From a phage: 44,717 bases of DNA. The notes under the pieces were generated by a model. The model did not search any database and was not told the origin of the DNA. It saw only the letters and a list, made by a program, of their open reading frames with translations. Positions 1 to 8,925 of the stretch are shown here, one piece after another (within the stretch, counting starts at the first letter, position 1; the number at the start of each line of letters is the position of its first letter). Where the stretch lies: NCBI GenBank assembly GCA_036609835.1, contig GCA_036609835.1_4358.1. One strand, given 5' to 3'. Made by a program: the position numbers and the translations under genes.

Positions 1-127
1 TGAAGGGTAGAAAAGTCGCCAGAATGCTTAATATCATTGTTACGTGCAAGCAAACTCCTTTCGCCACTGCCTATGTTCTCGGCACCGTCCGCGTCAGATA
101 ATGTTTCAACGGTGTTACCGTTGGAAA
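1..127. repeat. Left copy of an exact 127-bp terminal duplication (identical to 44591..44717); most simply the overlap of a circular or circularly permuted assembly
   Basis: Positions 1-127 read identically to 44591-44717; flanking sequence differs (44581-44590 vs 128-137). Confidence 0.9.
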
Positions 128-557
128 AAGACACCAGTGAAGCCCCTAAACCGGCGGTACTTGACGCCAAATCATTACGCAAATTTGGGTCTGTCTGCGG
201 CTTCCAGTTAGCGTTACCGACTGGATTAAAACTCGCGGGAACAACAACCGGCAACGTACCCGCATATGAGTACCACGTCTTGCTTACGGGGTCATACACC
301 ACTTTGTCGCGGTCATTAACTGTTAACGTACCGCCGGTGGAAAAGTCCCACGATACGGGAGAAAAACCGGCATCACGCAACACAGCAGGAAGCGTCTTCT
401 GGGTCTGCCCGGTAACAGGGTTGGTCGCGTAATCAATATCGGCGCCACCAGCAACCCCGCCGGATTTACCGGTGATAACCTCGGCTTCAAAAATTTGGTG
501 TTTCTTGGCGGTTTGTAAATCCGCCAGGCTTAAAACGTCACCGCATCCGCTTGACAT
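1..557 (-). CDS. Tailspike / receptor-binding protein, N-terminal part; gene crosses the window ends and continues in 43162..44717
   Basis: ATG at 557-555 with AAGAGGA 6 nt upstream; minus-strand frame has no stop from 557 to 3 and is in phase with ORF 43162..44643; N-terminus MSSGCGDVLSLADLQTAKKHQIFEAEVITGK is absent from the ORF track. Confidence 0.75.
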   Translation of the reverse strand, partial: MSSGCGDVLSLADLQTAKKHQIFEAEVITGKSGGVAGGADIDYATNPVTGQTQKTLPAVLRDAGFSPVSWDFSTGGTLTVNDRDKVVYDPVSKTWYSYAGTLPVVVPASFNPVGNANWKPQTDPNLRNDLASSTAGLGASLVSFSNGNTVETLSDADGAENIGSGERSLLARNNDIKHSGDFSTL

Positions 558-569
558 ATAGAGTCCTCT

Positions 570-3137
570 TTAATTAAAACCATTGCTGAATCCGTCGGAG
601 AAACCGCTGCCGTATGGCGCGACGCCGTCGTATTTATAGAATCCGTCATCATAGTTGTAGCCCGTAATCTTGACCGTGCGGTCGTCGCCGGGGTCGATTG
701 AAGAAACAACTATCTTCTGAGCATTATGCCTTGCTTCGTTGCCGAATGAAAACTCAGTTTTTAGCGCACTATTCCCCGTGTAGATTGCCTCCTCCGGCGC
801 GGAGAGCATAATCACTTCGCGGTCGTGGCTTCCTTTGATAACAGAAATACTCTGCACAGAGCCGTCGCGCTTCTTAAGAATGATGGAATGGTCATCACCA
901 GGAGTAAACGTAACAGGCTGAGACAGCGTCAGCGTAAGGCCATTGACGGCAACAACATAACCATCCTGCGGCGCGATACGCGAGCCTTTAACCACACTGA
1001 TTACGCCGCCGGGAGTAGCGAGAGCGCCTTCTTCGGTAGCTTCGAACTCTACGACAACTTTACTTAACGTGTTGCGCTGGTAGCGACGCCACGCCAGCCA
1101 GTACGCTTGCTGATAGTTACGTACACCCTTCGATTCGTACTCCTCGGTGTTCGCGCCGAGTTCTTCCGGGATATAAATCGTCTCCTGTACGTTTGTATCC
1201 GGGTCAATGTACGAGAACGACAGGCTATCGTAGGTTGTCGAATCGTTGAACGTGCGCGTCCATTTCTCCGTACCGGTCGTTTTGCTGCGGTGGGTGAAAA
1301 CCATCTCAGGCCCCGCAACAGGACGGTCGAATCGCAGCATAATATCAGCACCTTTACGGTATGCCGTACAAAACACGGCTTCCGCGATGGTCTGAACGAT
1401 GTCTTGCATGGTTGTGTCGTAGTCGTCGAATGTGTAGCAGAACTGCCCGGCTAATTCACTGCCAAAATATGACTCAATCTCTTCCTGCACCGCAAGTAAC
1501 TTGTCCATGTTTGCTGTTGTCAGCTCCAGATTACCCACCGCCGGGTCGCGCGCCAGCCTGATTAGCGACTGCACGGCCTGAGTGTTCGGTGTCATTACCG
1601 TATCGAATACGCCGTTACCTAAGTATTTGTAGCACATCTCGGTTGCAATCATGCGCAGTTCCGGTTCGGACACCTCGGCTGCACGTGGGGTTTGTTTACG
1701 GGCGCAGTGTACGGTAGTACGGTTGCCGTAGTGGGGGGTTGTGTCCAGCGACTGCCCATACAGATTAGTGAAAGTAACCTCGTCGCTAACAGTACCTTCA
1801 AAATCTTTATCGGTGTCCGAAACACGACGCATACGGGCGCGGAATCTGGAAGCAGTTGGTAAACTTCCGTAAAGAGTAATCCCTGTGTAATCCGTGTTCC
1901 GGCCTGTTACGGTTCCTCGTACGGTAAATATGTCACCTACAGGCTGTTTCAATTCATCTACCATCTGGTATTGCAGTTCGACTGTCACTGAAGCGCGGTT
2001 ATAGTCGCCGTTGTATTTGTACATGCCGTTGCTGGCAGCCACATTGGCTACAACACGGTCGACGGTTCCGCGGGTGATGTACGCCCATTCAGAGAGGGAA
2101 GCCGCGTAAGTATCCGCCGGGCCTATAAGATGGTTGCCCTCTTCACCTATAAACCATACAGATGTTCCTAGCTGGTTCCATATTGATTGATTTGTACTGA
2201 CGTCCACAATAAGGGTCGTTTCACTAACAGAAAGAACCGTGTACCTCCCGTCCAGGTTAACCTCATTACCCAAAGACCCTGGGGTTGTATCTGCATATAC
2301 GTTATCGAAGTATGCCAGGTCCCCGACCGCCAAAAACTCATCGAAACCAGCGTCATCGCCTACTACAACGCCGGTTGTTCCCTGCCGCTGGACAGTGTAG
2401 TCCTGCACGTCTATAGCGATATCATTAGGGGCGGGAAGAACAGCGCCATCGACATCGGCGTTTTTAAATGTAACGTACAATTTCTGGTCTATAGGGTCGC
2501 CGATATGCAATTGTGGTGTGCTGGTGTTATTCGGCGAAGTGTAAGGAGAATACACCGTCACCGACGAGCCAGTTATCTCGCTGATTCGGGTATCTGCCTC
2601 AGTTACACCGTCTTCCTCAATATGCAGATACCCTCGACCGGCGTCATAGTACGCATATTCAATAAGCGCCCCCGTGGCGTTAAACACCTTATACGTCTGC
2701 ATCAGGTCATTGGGTATAGTCTGCACTGTCCCGCAGATGTCATAAGAACGTCCATAAGGACGTGGCTTGTTCGAGCGGTCAGTAAGACTGTTGTTAGGCG
2801 ACGTAGCCTGATTGTTGGTAGCGGAATAATTAGCGTTAGCTGCTGTGTTTAGCCCGAACAATTTGGCAATTGGCTTAAGGATGAAACTGAATACACTACC
2901 GATAGCGTCGCCGATACCACCGCCTGCACCCTCGATAATGTGGTACACGGCGTCCTCGTCTTTGAGCGCATTGAAGTCGTCTGTAACATCAGTATCATCG
3001 CCAATCTCGCCGAGGTAGACGCGCGCAGGCACCCCGTCAGGAATATGGTTAACGACAAAATCTATCGGCATCCCGACGTGTTTTGTACGGTCGAAAGCGC
3101 CTTCAGCGTTTCGCGTGTAGTGCAGGATTATCGCCAA
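570..3137 (-). CDS. Large tail tip / central tail fibre protein (lambda J-like position), 855 aa
   Basis: Long ORF downstream of tape measure and minor tail genes; TTG start overlapping upstream stop; function assigned by size and position only. Confidence 0.5.
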   Translation of the reverse strand: MAIILHYTRNAEGAFDRTKHVGMPIDFVVNHIPDGVPARVYLGEIGDDTDVTDDFNALKDEDAVYHIIEGAGGGIGDAIGSVFSFILKPIAKLFGLNTAANANYSATNNQATSPNNSLTDRSNKPRPYGRSYDICGTVQTIPNDLMQTYKVFNATGALIEYAYYDAGRGYLHIEEDGVTEADTRISEITGSSVTVYSPYTSPNNTSTPQLHIGDPIDQKLYVTFKNADVDGAVLPAPNDIAIDVQDYTVQRQGTTGVVVGDDAGFDEFLAVGDLAYFDNVYADTTPGSLGNEVNLDGRYTVLSVSETTLIVDVSTNQSIWNQLGTSVWFIGEEGNHLIGPADTYAASLSEWAYITRGTVDRVVANVAASNGMYKYNGDYNRASVTVELQYQMVDELKQPVGDIFTVRGTVTGRNTDYTGITLYGSLPTASRFRARMRRVSDTDKDFEGTVSDEVTFTNLYGQSLDTTPHYGNRTTVHCARKQTPRAAEVSEPELRMIATEMCYKYLGNGVFDTVMTPNTQAVQSLIRLARDPAVGNLELTTANMDKLLAVQEEIESYFGSELAGQFCYTFDDYDTTMQDIVQTIAEAVFCTAYRKGADIMLRFDRPVAGPEMVFTHRSKTTGTEKWTRTFNDSTTYDSLSFSYIDPDTNVQETIYIPEELGANTEEYESKGVRNYQQAYWLAWRRYQRNTLSKVVVEFEATEEGALATPGGVISVVKGSRIAPQDGYVVAVNGLTLTLSQPVTFTPGDDHSIILKKRDGSVQSISVIKGSHDREVIMLSAPEEAIYTGNSALKTEFSFGNEARHNAQKIVVSSIDPGDDRTVKITGYNYDDGFYKYDGVAPYGSGFSDGFSNGFN

Positions 3138-3493
3138 AATTCAATCTCCGTGTACGTGTCTCTGAGGTCCGCCAGCCGGTCAAGTCGTACCTGACGGGAC
3201 GCAAGCTCGCAATGACTCACCATCCCGTCGAAGTAAACTCCCGCGTGCCACACGATACGACCGCCACGGCGATACCCCATAAGAACCGCACAGAAGTTTT
3301 CAGGCTTATCAATTTTTGTAAGCCCCTTCGTGTCACGATGGCCTTCGTCGAACGCTTCGTTAATCGCCGTTGGGCTTGTAACGTCGAACGCCGGGGTTTC
3401 TAACCCGGCATCGGCCCGTACAATGCGAACGTGATGCCAGCAATTGCGCTTGCGAAAGTCGTAAGGTATGCCCGTGTAGTCGTTAATATTCAT
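3128..3493 (-). CDS. Minor tail / tail tip assembly protein (lambda K-like position), 121 aa
   Basis: Cys/His-containing small protein (NCWHHV, HAGVYFDGMVSHCE) between tail genes; overlapping stop/start with neighbours. Confidence 0.45.
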   Translation of the reverse strand: MNINDYTGIPYDFRKRNCWHHVRIVRADAGLETPAFDVTSPTAINEAFDEGHRDTKGLTKIDKPENFCAVLMGYRRGGRIVWHAGVYFDGMVSHCELASRQVRLDRLADLRDTYTEIEFWR

Positions 3494-4005
3494 GTGGTCA
3501 ACAGGCCGCGTAATAACGGTATCTCTTTAGGTGTCATCAGTATACCAGTGCTTCGCTGGTTCAGCATAGGTGTACCAACATCCGCGGAGAACTCGCCCTT
3601 CTCCTGATTAATGGCCTGTAACTCGTACACGACAGGGCCGTCAGCCGGGTAAGACAGGTCAGTGCTGACGTAACGGCGGAATATGAACTTCGGTAACTCG
3701 GTATTACTCATCGGGATTTTATCCATCTCATCATCCAGTTGATTGAGAATATCCGGCAGAGTGAATGTTGTCGTCTGGTCCATATCACTGTTGTTAGCCG
3801 CCCCCGACGCCTCCATCGGGGTAGGTTCGAATGTGATAGTTTCGCCTGTCTCCAGTGTTGCCGTAAGTTCCTGTAGCCCGCGCACAAGATAGTACGTCTT
3901 CGACAGCAACGGGTGGCTGATTTGTAACGTAATGTAGTCCATCTCGCCGTCGGGGTTTGAGGCCAGCTTACGGCGATAGGCTGCTTCTACTGATTCCTGA
4001 CTCAT
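3490..4005 (-). CDS. Minor tail protein, 171 aa
   Basis: ORF in tail-tip block between tape measure and tip protein; coupled to neighbours. Confidence 0.45.
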   Translation of the reverse strand: MSQESVEAAYRRKLASNPDGEMDYITLQISHPLLSKTYYLVRGLQELTATLETGETITFEPTPMEASGAANNSDMDQTTTFTLPDILNQLDDEMDKIPMSNTELPKFIFRRYVSTDLSYPADGPVVYELQAINQEKGEFSADVGTPMLNQRSTGILMTPKEIPLLRGLLTT

Positions 4006-4008
4006 AAA

Positions 4009-5406
4009 TTAACCGTCCACATTAAAGTCGATACGAGTGATATATTTACTACCCCACGCAGAATTCGCTTGGGGGATGGTGGCGTAACCGTCAACAGACG
4101 GAACGTTTACCACAGAGCCGTCTGAATATGTAATATCAATGCTTGTTGCACCGTTCATTACTACTTTTGCCGATGCCATAGGGCGTGCGGATGGTGATGC
4201 GTCGGTTACTATCGGCGATGTGGCAAACGGTGATTTTTCTATTTGCATCGCGCACACTAATATACCACTAACCCCGTCACCGACAAATGAACCAACGGCG
4301 GAGTTGTTGTACACCCATGGCGCTAAAAGCAGAGAAGACGCGCCACCCTGGCGTATAGCTACCGTTTCTGTAAATCGATACCAACCATTACCAAGCTCTG
4401 CTATATCGCTGCCGAGGGCGCCTGCGTAAATAACCCCTGTCGATAAGTTAGCAACACAATCCGCGATAAACCCAGCATCATCAGCGGCGCGAAGTCTCGC
4501 ATAATTATAACCATAGGCCTTAGCAACGTAACTGAGAGTGTATACATCACCCTCCGCAAAAGCGGAAGACACCGATTGATATACGAGATGGCTGTCGTTT
4601 GTCTGGTTCGGGACTAGCGAGAACGTACCACCGTTTAGAAATCCGTCAACTGCATCCGACACTGTTGTTCTAGTTTTAGTCCACGATGCGTCAGATAATT
4701 TCGACGATTTAATCAGGATATTACTGGACGCGGATTCCGGCGGAACACGTCCAACAGCAACCCCATCAATAAACGTAAGAGGCCATACATTAGCGGCGGA
4801 CTGCACAAGATTGCCGTTGCGGTTGATGTAATAAACCTGCGGCGCGTCATACACAATGCGGCTATCAAGAGTCGACGCCAGAAGGTTAATCGGTTGATAC
4901 CCGGCAGGCCCTTCATTGCTCCAGATGCGCGGGAACGTTGTCTCATAGTTCGCGTATATTTTCAGGAAACTGCCCAGGCAATCACCATAACAGCCATACA
5001 AATCTGGCAGATTGTTAATCAGACACTGGTTCTCGAGGTCCTGGAACGGTGATTTCTCAGCGGTTGCCGTGAAAGTAATTGTCCAGTTAATCCCGTCTTC
5101 AGTGGACTCGGCGACGGTGGATGTAATGGTGACTTGATAATCCTCAATACCCATGCCGAAGTCGTGCGCCATCCAGAAACTTGACGCGCCACCATCGACT
5201 TTCTCAAGGAACGACAGAAACGCCTGCCGCCCCATTGCGGATGTAATCAGGGTTACGCTTATTGGGAACACATCATAATACGTGTCACGGCCCTGACGCA
5301 CCCCGCCACCCGCTAAATCGACACTCCAGACGTTGTTACGTCTGGTCATTGAGTAGCCTTTTGATACCACCGGCTTAAGGCTACGTGGGAAATATAATTC
5401 GGTCAT
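4009..5406 (-). CDS. Minor tail / distal tail protein, 465 aa
   Basis: ORF immediately downstream of tape measure; start overlaps tape measure stop. Confidence 0.5.
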   Translation of the reverse strand: MTELYFPRSLKPVVSKGYSMTRRNNVWSVDLAGGGVRQGRDTYYDVFPISVTLITSAMGRQAFLSFLEKVDGGASSFWMAHDFGMGIEDYQVTITSTVAESTEDGINWTITFTATAEKSPFQDLENQCLINNLPDLYGCYGDCLGSFLKIYANYETTFPRIWSNEGPAGYQPINLLASTLDSRIVYDAPQVYYINRNGNLVQSAANVWPLTFIDGVAVGRVPPESASSNILIKSSKLSDASWTKTRTTVSDAVDGFLNGGTFSLVPNQTNDSHLVYQSVSSAFAEGDVYTLSYVAKAYGYNYARLRAADDAGFIADCVANLSTGVIYAGALGSDIAELGNGWYRFTETVAIRQGGASSLLLAPWVYNNSAVGSFVGDGVSGILVCAMQIEKSPFATSPIVTDASPSARPMASAKVVMNGATSIDITYSDGSVVNVPSVDGYATIPQANSAWGSKYITRIDFNVDG

Positions 5407-7745
5407 TATTTAAACCCCGGCGCATTTCTTGTGGCCTTGCGGGCCTTGCTAATCTTACTGTTGCTGTTCTGCAAAGATGCAGCAACTTGCTCTTCTATGA
5501 TGATACGCAAACGGCCTTCATCATCCTGCTCTGTGGATACGTTGCCGATCTGACTCGATGTGTTATTTACGATGGTAACATTAGACGGGCCGGAAGAAGA
5601 CCCGTTTTGCCCCATAATTTCTTTCATCTGCTGTGCGGTGCGTACACGTGACGCACCAGCGGGCATGATAACTTCTGGTTTACCGCGTTCTGCGATAGTA
5701 GAAGCCTGCCCCGCGGATAACTGTCCGCCCTGTTCACGTGCGGACCTGATAGCGGAAATCTGCGCCATACCCGCCCCAACGGCAGCAGCGGCAGCTACAG
5801 GAGCCAGGAACGGGCCAACTACAGGGATAGCCGCTGTTGACTTATACGCCTCAATAGCCGCGGTGTACGTGGCTATAGTGGCCTGCACGATAGCGAATGC
5901 CTTGTACGCGCCAGAAGCCTCGCCCAAAGCCGAACCGATGTTTGAGGCCATGTTACCGAAGGCGGTTGCCGTTGCGTCGGCACGCTTGGTTGCGTATTGC
6001 TCATTGATGGCGTTAAGCGCGGCCTGATACTGCTTCTCACTAATAAGACCCTGCTCACGGTACTTATCGGCTACCGCCAGTTTCTGCTGTTCCTGGATGT
6101 CGAGAAGCTCAAGCTCAGTAGCGTTCTGGCCCATAATCTGAGCCATGAAGTCGTCGCCTTTCTGCTTTTTCTCCTGCCGTTCTTTCTCGCGCTTATCCAA
6201 TTCTTCCTGACGTGCGGTGTCCGCCTCCAGCATAATCTGCGTCTTGGCGTTCTCGTATTGCTGGTCGCTAAGAAGCTGATTGCCGTAAAACTCCTGTAGC
6301 TTGGTTAACTGCTGTTCCTGGTTGGCTTCTATTTTCTGGAATACGTCATCATTGAGATGAATTGACTGATAGTAGAAATCCTCCGCGGCTTTCTTCTGGC
6401 GCTCGAACGCATCCGCTGCTTTCTTAGCGGCTTTTGCACCCGCGCTATCATCTTCAGATCCGCCGCCGGTACCAGTTACCTTAAATTTACTAAGCCCTTC
6501 TTCCTTAGCGGCTTCTTTGTCGATGTCATACGCTGCGCGTTTAAGCGCGACGATATTTTGCTGAGCCTCCACCTGTTCGCGGAAACTTTTACGTGTCAGG
6601 TCCGCAACGTCGCGCTGAGTATCCAGTGCCATCCCCAGCTGGAAGTTAATATTTTTTGCTACGTCTACGGATTCCCCTGGTGTGAAGGCGGCCTTAACCA
6701 GCCGACCGGCATCCTGCGCCCCTTTAACCATATCCTCAAAGAAGCGCTCCATCGCGGTAAATTCTTCCGCGATGAAATCGAGCGCATCGGCGGCTGATTC
6801 CGCTATGGTTGTCGCCGTTTGTTCGCCGCTATCCGTGATACTTTTGCTACTAAAATCCCAAAGCTCATTTAGCCCGTTTATCGCATCACCCACGAAACCA
6901 AATGCCGCGTCGAATGACATCTCTATTGCGCTTCCTACTTCCGACGCGATGTCACCCCACATACGCATCTCTGCGGCAAGTTCACCGGATGCAACCTGTG
7001 CGTTAAGTTCCTGGATTAAATCATCGATGTATCGGATAGGTTCGGCGAGCGCACCAACATCAAGACTGGTAGCCAGTGTCATTTTTAACTGCGACCATGA
7101 GTCGCTGGCACTGGCGATGGCCCCGTTAAGTGTGTTGGCCTGGTCCGCCATAGCCCCCGCGAAGTTTACGTTACCGATGTTGAGCAGGTATTGCTCGATG
7201 TCGGCAGCGCTCTTCTTAACTACCGTAGTAGTACCCTGGAATGTAAATTCAACATCGTTTTTGTTCTGTTTGGCCTTGATACCAAATTCTTTAAGGCGCT
7301 CAAATTCAAAAGTACTAGCGTCTGCAACCGCCTCAATCATCTGATTCAGGTCTTTACCCATAGCAGCGGCGGTGTTTCCGTAGGAACGCAACGCTTCTTC
7401 TGACGGTGTAAGACCAAGCGCCACAAGTTTACGGAATCCCTCTACCGCCTGTTCAAGGCCATACGGAGTGTCGCGCGCGAAGTCTTGCAGGATGCTTAAC
7501 GCCTGTCTTGCACCCTGCGTGCTTCCGGTTAGTGTTTTCAGGCTGGCGGACATCTTGTCCAGTTGCCGTTGGGATTCTACCAGTTCCTGTGCGGCCTTGT
7601 AAGCGGTAGCGGCGACGATGGAAGCGAGGCCCGCTACCGCAGCTCCGGCTACCTTTGCAGACTTGGAAAGGTTATCAAGACGGTCTGATGTAGCTTTCGC
7701 GCCTTGCTCTGATACTTTTACAACTAAACTAGCTACATCAGCCAT
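5406..7745 (-). CDS. Tail tape measure protein, 779 aa
   Basis: Long Ala/Gln/Glu-rich predicted coiled-coil protein downstream of two chaperone-like ORFs. Confidence 0.8.
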   Translation of the reverse strand: MADVASLVVKVSEQGAKATSDRLDNLSKSAKVAGAAVAGLASIVAATAYKAAQELVESQRQLDKMSASLKTLTGSTQGARQALSILQDFARDTPYGLEQAVEGFRKLVALGLTPSEEALRSYGNTAAAMGKDLNQMIEAVADASTFEFERLKEFGIKAKQNKNDVEFTFQGTTTVVKKSAADIEQYLLNIGNVNFAGAMADQANTLNGAIASASDSWSQLKMTLATSLDVGALAEPIRYIDDLIQELNAQVASGELAAEMRMWGDIASEVGSAIEMSFDAAFGFVGDAINGLNELWDFSSKSITDSGEQTATTIAESAADALDFIAEEFTAMERFFEDMVKGAQDAGRLVKAAFTPGESVDVAKNINFQLGMALDTQRDVADLTRKSFREQVEAQQNIVALKRAAYDIDKEAAKEEGLSKFKVTGTGGGSEDDSAGAKAAKKAADAFERQKKAAEDFYYQSIHLNDDVFQKIEANQEQQLTKLQEFYGNQLLSDQQYENAKTQIMLEADTARQEELDKREKERQEKKQKGDDFMAQIMGQNATELELLDIQEQQKLAVADKYREQGLISEKQYQAALNAINEQYATKRADATATAFGNMASNIGSALGEASGAYKAFAIVQATIATYTAAIEAYKSTAAIPVVGPFLAPVAAAAAVGAGMAQISAIRSAREQGGQLSAGQASTIAERGKPEVIMPAGASRVRTAQQMKEIMGQNGSSSGPSNVTIVNNTSSQIGNVSTEQDDEGRLRIIIEEQVAASLQNSNSKISKARKATRNAPGFK

Positions 7746-8097
7746 CGTTTCTACCCTCGAAAATAGCGTCTAAGCTCATGATGATGTCAGATTCAAACAT
7801 GCCTATATTCTGGCCTGAAACGGTGCTATATGCCACTAAATCCGACCATCTTAACTGTTCACGCGGATACATCTTGATGCCATCATCGTCCACTCGGCGG
7901 GTGAATTTGATTTCCCTGTACTTCTCGAAGGTGGTTAATAGCTCAGGGGGGCATTCTGGCCCGGTGTCCTGCGTTGCTTCCGGCGCGTCTTGCATAACCC
8001 CCATAGCAATTAGCGCGGCTTTATGCCCGTCGGAGATACTGTCAAACTCCCGCCGTTTGTGGCGAGTTATGAAGTTCCAACGGGCAAACTGGAGCAA
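7738..8097 (-). CDS. Tail assembly chaperone, T-like segment; probably expressed as a -1 frameshift extension of the upstream G-like ORF
   Basis: No ATG or RBS; frame stays open about 50 nt into the 3' end of ORF 8103..8519 in the -1 frame; lies directly upstream of tape measure. Confidence 0.5.
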   Translation of the reverse strand: MLQFARWNFITRHKRREFDSISDGHKAALIAMGVMQDAPEATQDTGPECPPELLTTFEKYREIKFTRRVDDDGIKMYPREQLRWSDLVAYSTVSGQNIGMFESDIIMSLDAIFEGRNDG

Positions 8098-8102
8098 CGC
8101 GT

Positions 8103-8519
8103 CTACTTTTCCTGCAATTGGTGAAGCTGTTCGTTGTGGAAAACAACAACGTGTTCAGCGAGGCGTTTATATTGTGAAAAAAGAGTATTCAGGTTCTCTT
8201 TATTAAATTCATCGTCGAGACTCCAACCGTTAACCAGTTCAAGTGCTAACTGGCGGTTAAGGTCCGTCGCGGCGTCTTCCATCTTAATGTTATATTCCGA
8301 GAAATCTTTCAGTTCCTCGCATTTATCACGAAGCGGCTTCAGTTTACCTAACGACGCGCGGTACGCCAGGGTAAATGCACGCATGGCTTTAACCGCAACG
8401 TCTGCCTCCGGTGAAACAACGTTCAGCCACTCCCCTGAATCGGTGCCGTCTTTCAGTGGGATCGGCATACGGGCGCCTTTTTCTGCCTCAGCTTCGTAAT
8501 AAAAATCAGAAAGTTTCAT
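8103..8519 (-). CDS. Tail assembly chaperone (lambda G-like), 138 aa
   Basis: Acidic protein upstream of tape measure with AAAGGA RBS; ends ...CAGGAAAAGTAG, overlapped by an open -1 frame. Confidence 0.6.
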   Translation of the reverse strand: MKLSDFYYEAEAEKGARMPIPLKDGTDSGEWLNVVSPEADVAVKAMRAFTLAYRASLGKLKPLRDKCEELKDFSEYNIKMEDAATDLNRQLALELVNGWSLDDEFNKENLNTLFSQYKRLAEHVVVFHNEQLHQLQEK

Positions 8520-8626
8520 TCTTTAATCCTTTGGTTAAGAGGTTACGGGTTAAGGTTAATGCGCCAGACGGGAACCACCCGCTTTTCGTGTGCGACACTA
8601 GGCGCAAAATTATTCTATCACATTAC

Positions 8627-8655
8627 TTGCACACCCCAATATAATAGTGTACTAT
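8627..8655 (+). promoter_or_regulatory. Sigma70-type promoter TTGCAC-N17-TACTAT with AATAG-N4-CTATT palindrome, driving the plus-strand insert operon
   Basis: ttgcacaccccaatataatagtgtactat; 19-mer gcacaccccaatataatag is repeated exactly at 18182; same motif in reverse at 29839-29867. Confidence 0.6.
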
Positions 8656-8696
8656 TCACTTACACCAACGATGTTATCCCAAACAGGAGCTACACC

Positions 8697-8888
8697 ATGA
8701 CGGGTATTACTATGTTCTTCTTAATCATTATCGTTTTAGTTTATTTTATTCCATTTCTCGTGGCGCATATGCGCGACCATAAAGCGAAATTAGCGATATT
8801 CATGGCTAATCTGTTTCTTGGATGGGTTCTGCTGCCGTGGGTATTTATTTTAATCTGGGCTTGCAACTCGAATGTCAAAGAGAAGTGA
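8697..8888 (+). CDS. Small membrane protein of the superinfection-immunity (Imm-like) family, 63 aa
   Basis: ATG 8697 after AAACAGGAG; MTGITMFFLIIIVLVYFIPFLVAHMRDHKAKLAIFMANLFLGWVLLPWVFILIWA matches the YF.P..A..R.H....I...N..LGW...W...L.WA signature recalled from memory. Confidence 0.6.
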   Translation: MTGITMFFLIIIVLVYFIPFLVAHMRDHKAKLAIFMANLFLGWVLLPWVFILIWACNSNVKEK

Positions 8889-8925
8889 GCTAGTATAGGA
8901 CAAATCCTAAACACGAGGAATAAAC

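Noticed and set aside
1-127. Interpreting the 127-bp identical ends as a biological direct terminal repeat
   Set aside because: The exact length of 127 matches a common assembler k-mer overlap and the tailspike ORF reads through the junction in frame; read-level evidence would be needed to support true terminal repeats.
37-432. 131-aa plus-strand ORF at the left end
   Set aside because: It is the antisense shadow of the tailspike N-terminal coding region (minus strand, open 557 to 3) and has no RBS or protein-like composition.
2187-2852. 221-aa plus-strand ORF
   Set aside because: Antisense to the 855-aa tail tip gene; no RBS; Arg/Cys-rich composition.
6682-7344. 220-aa plus-strand ORF
   Set aside because: Antisense to the tape measure gene; Ser/Ala-rich reverse-frame artefact.
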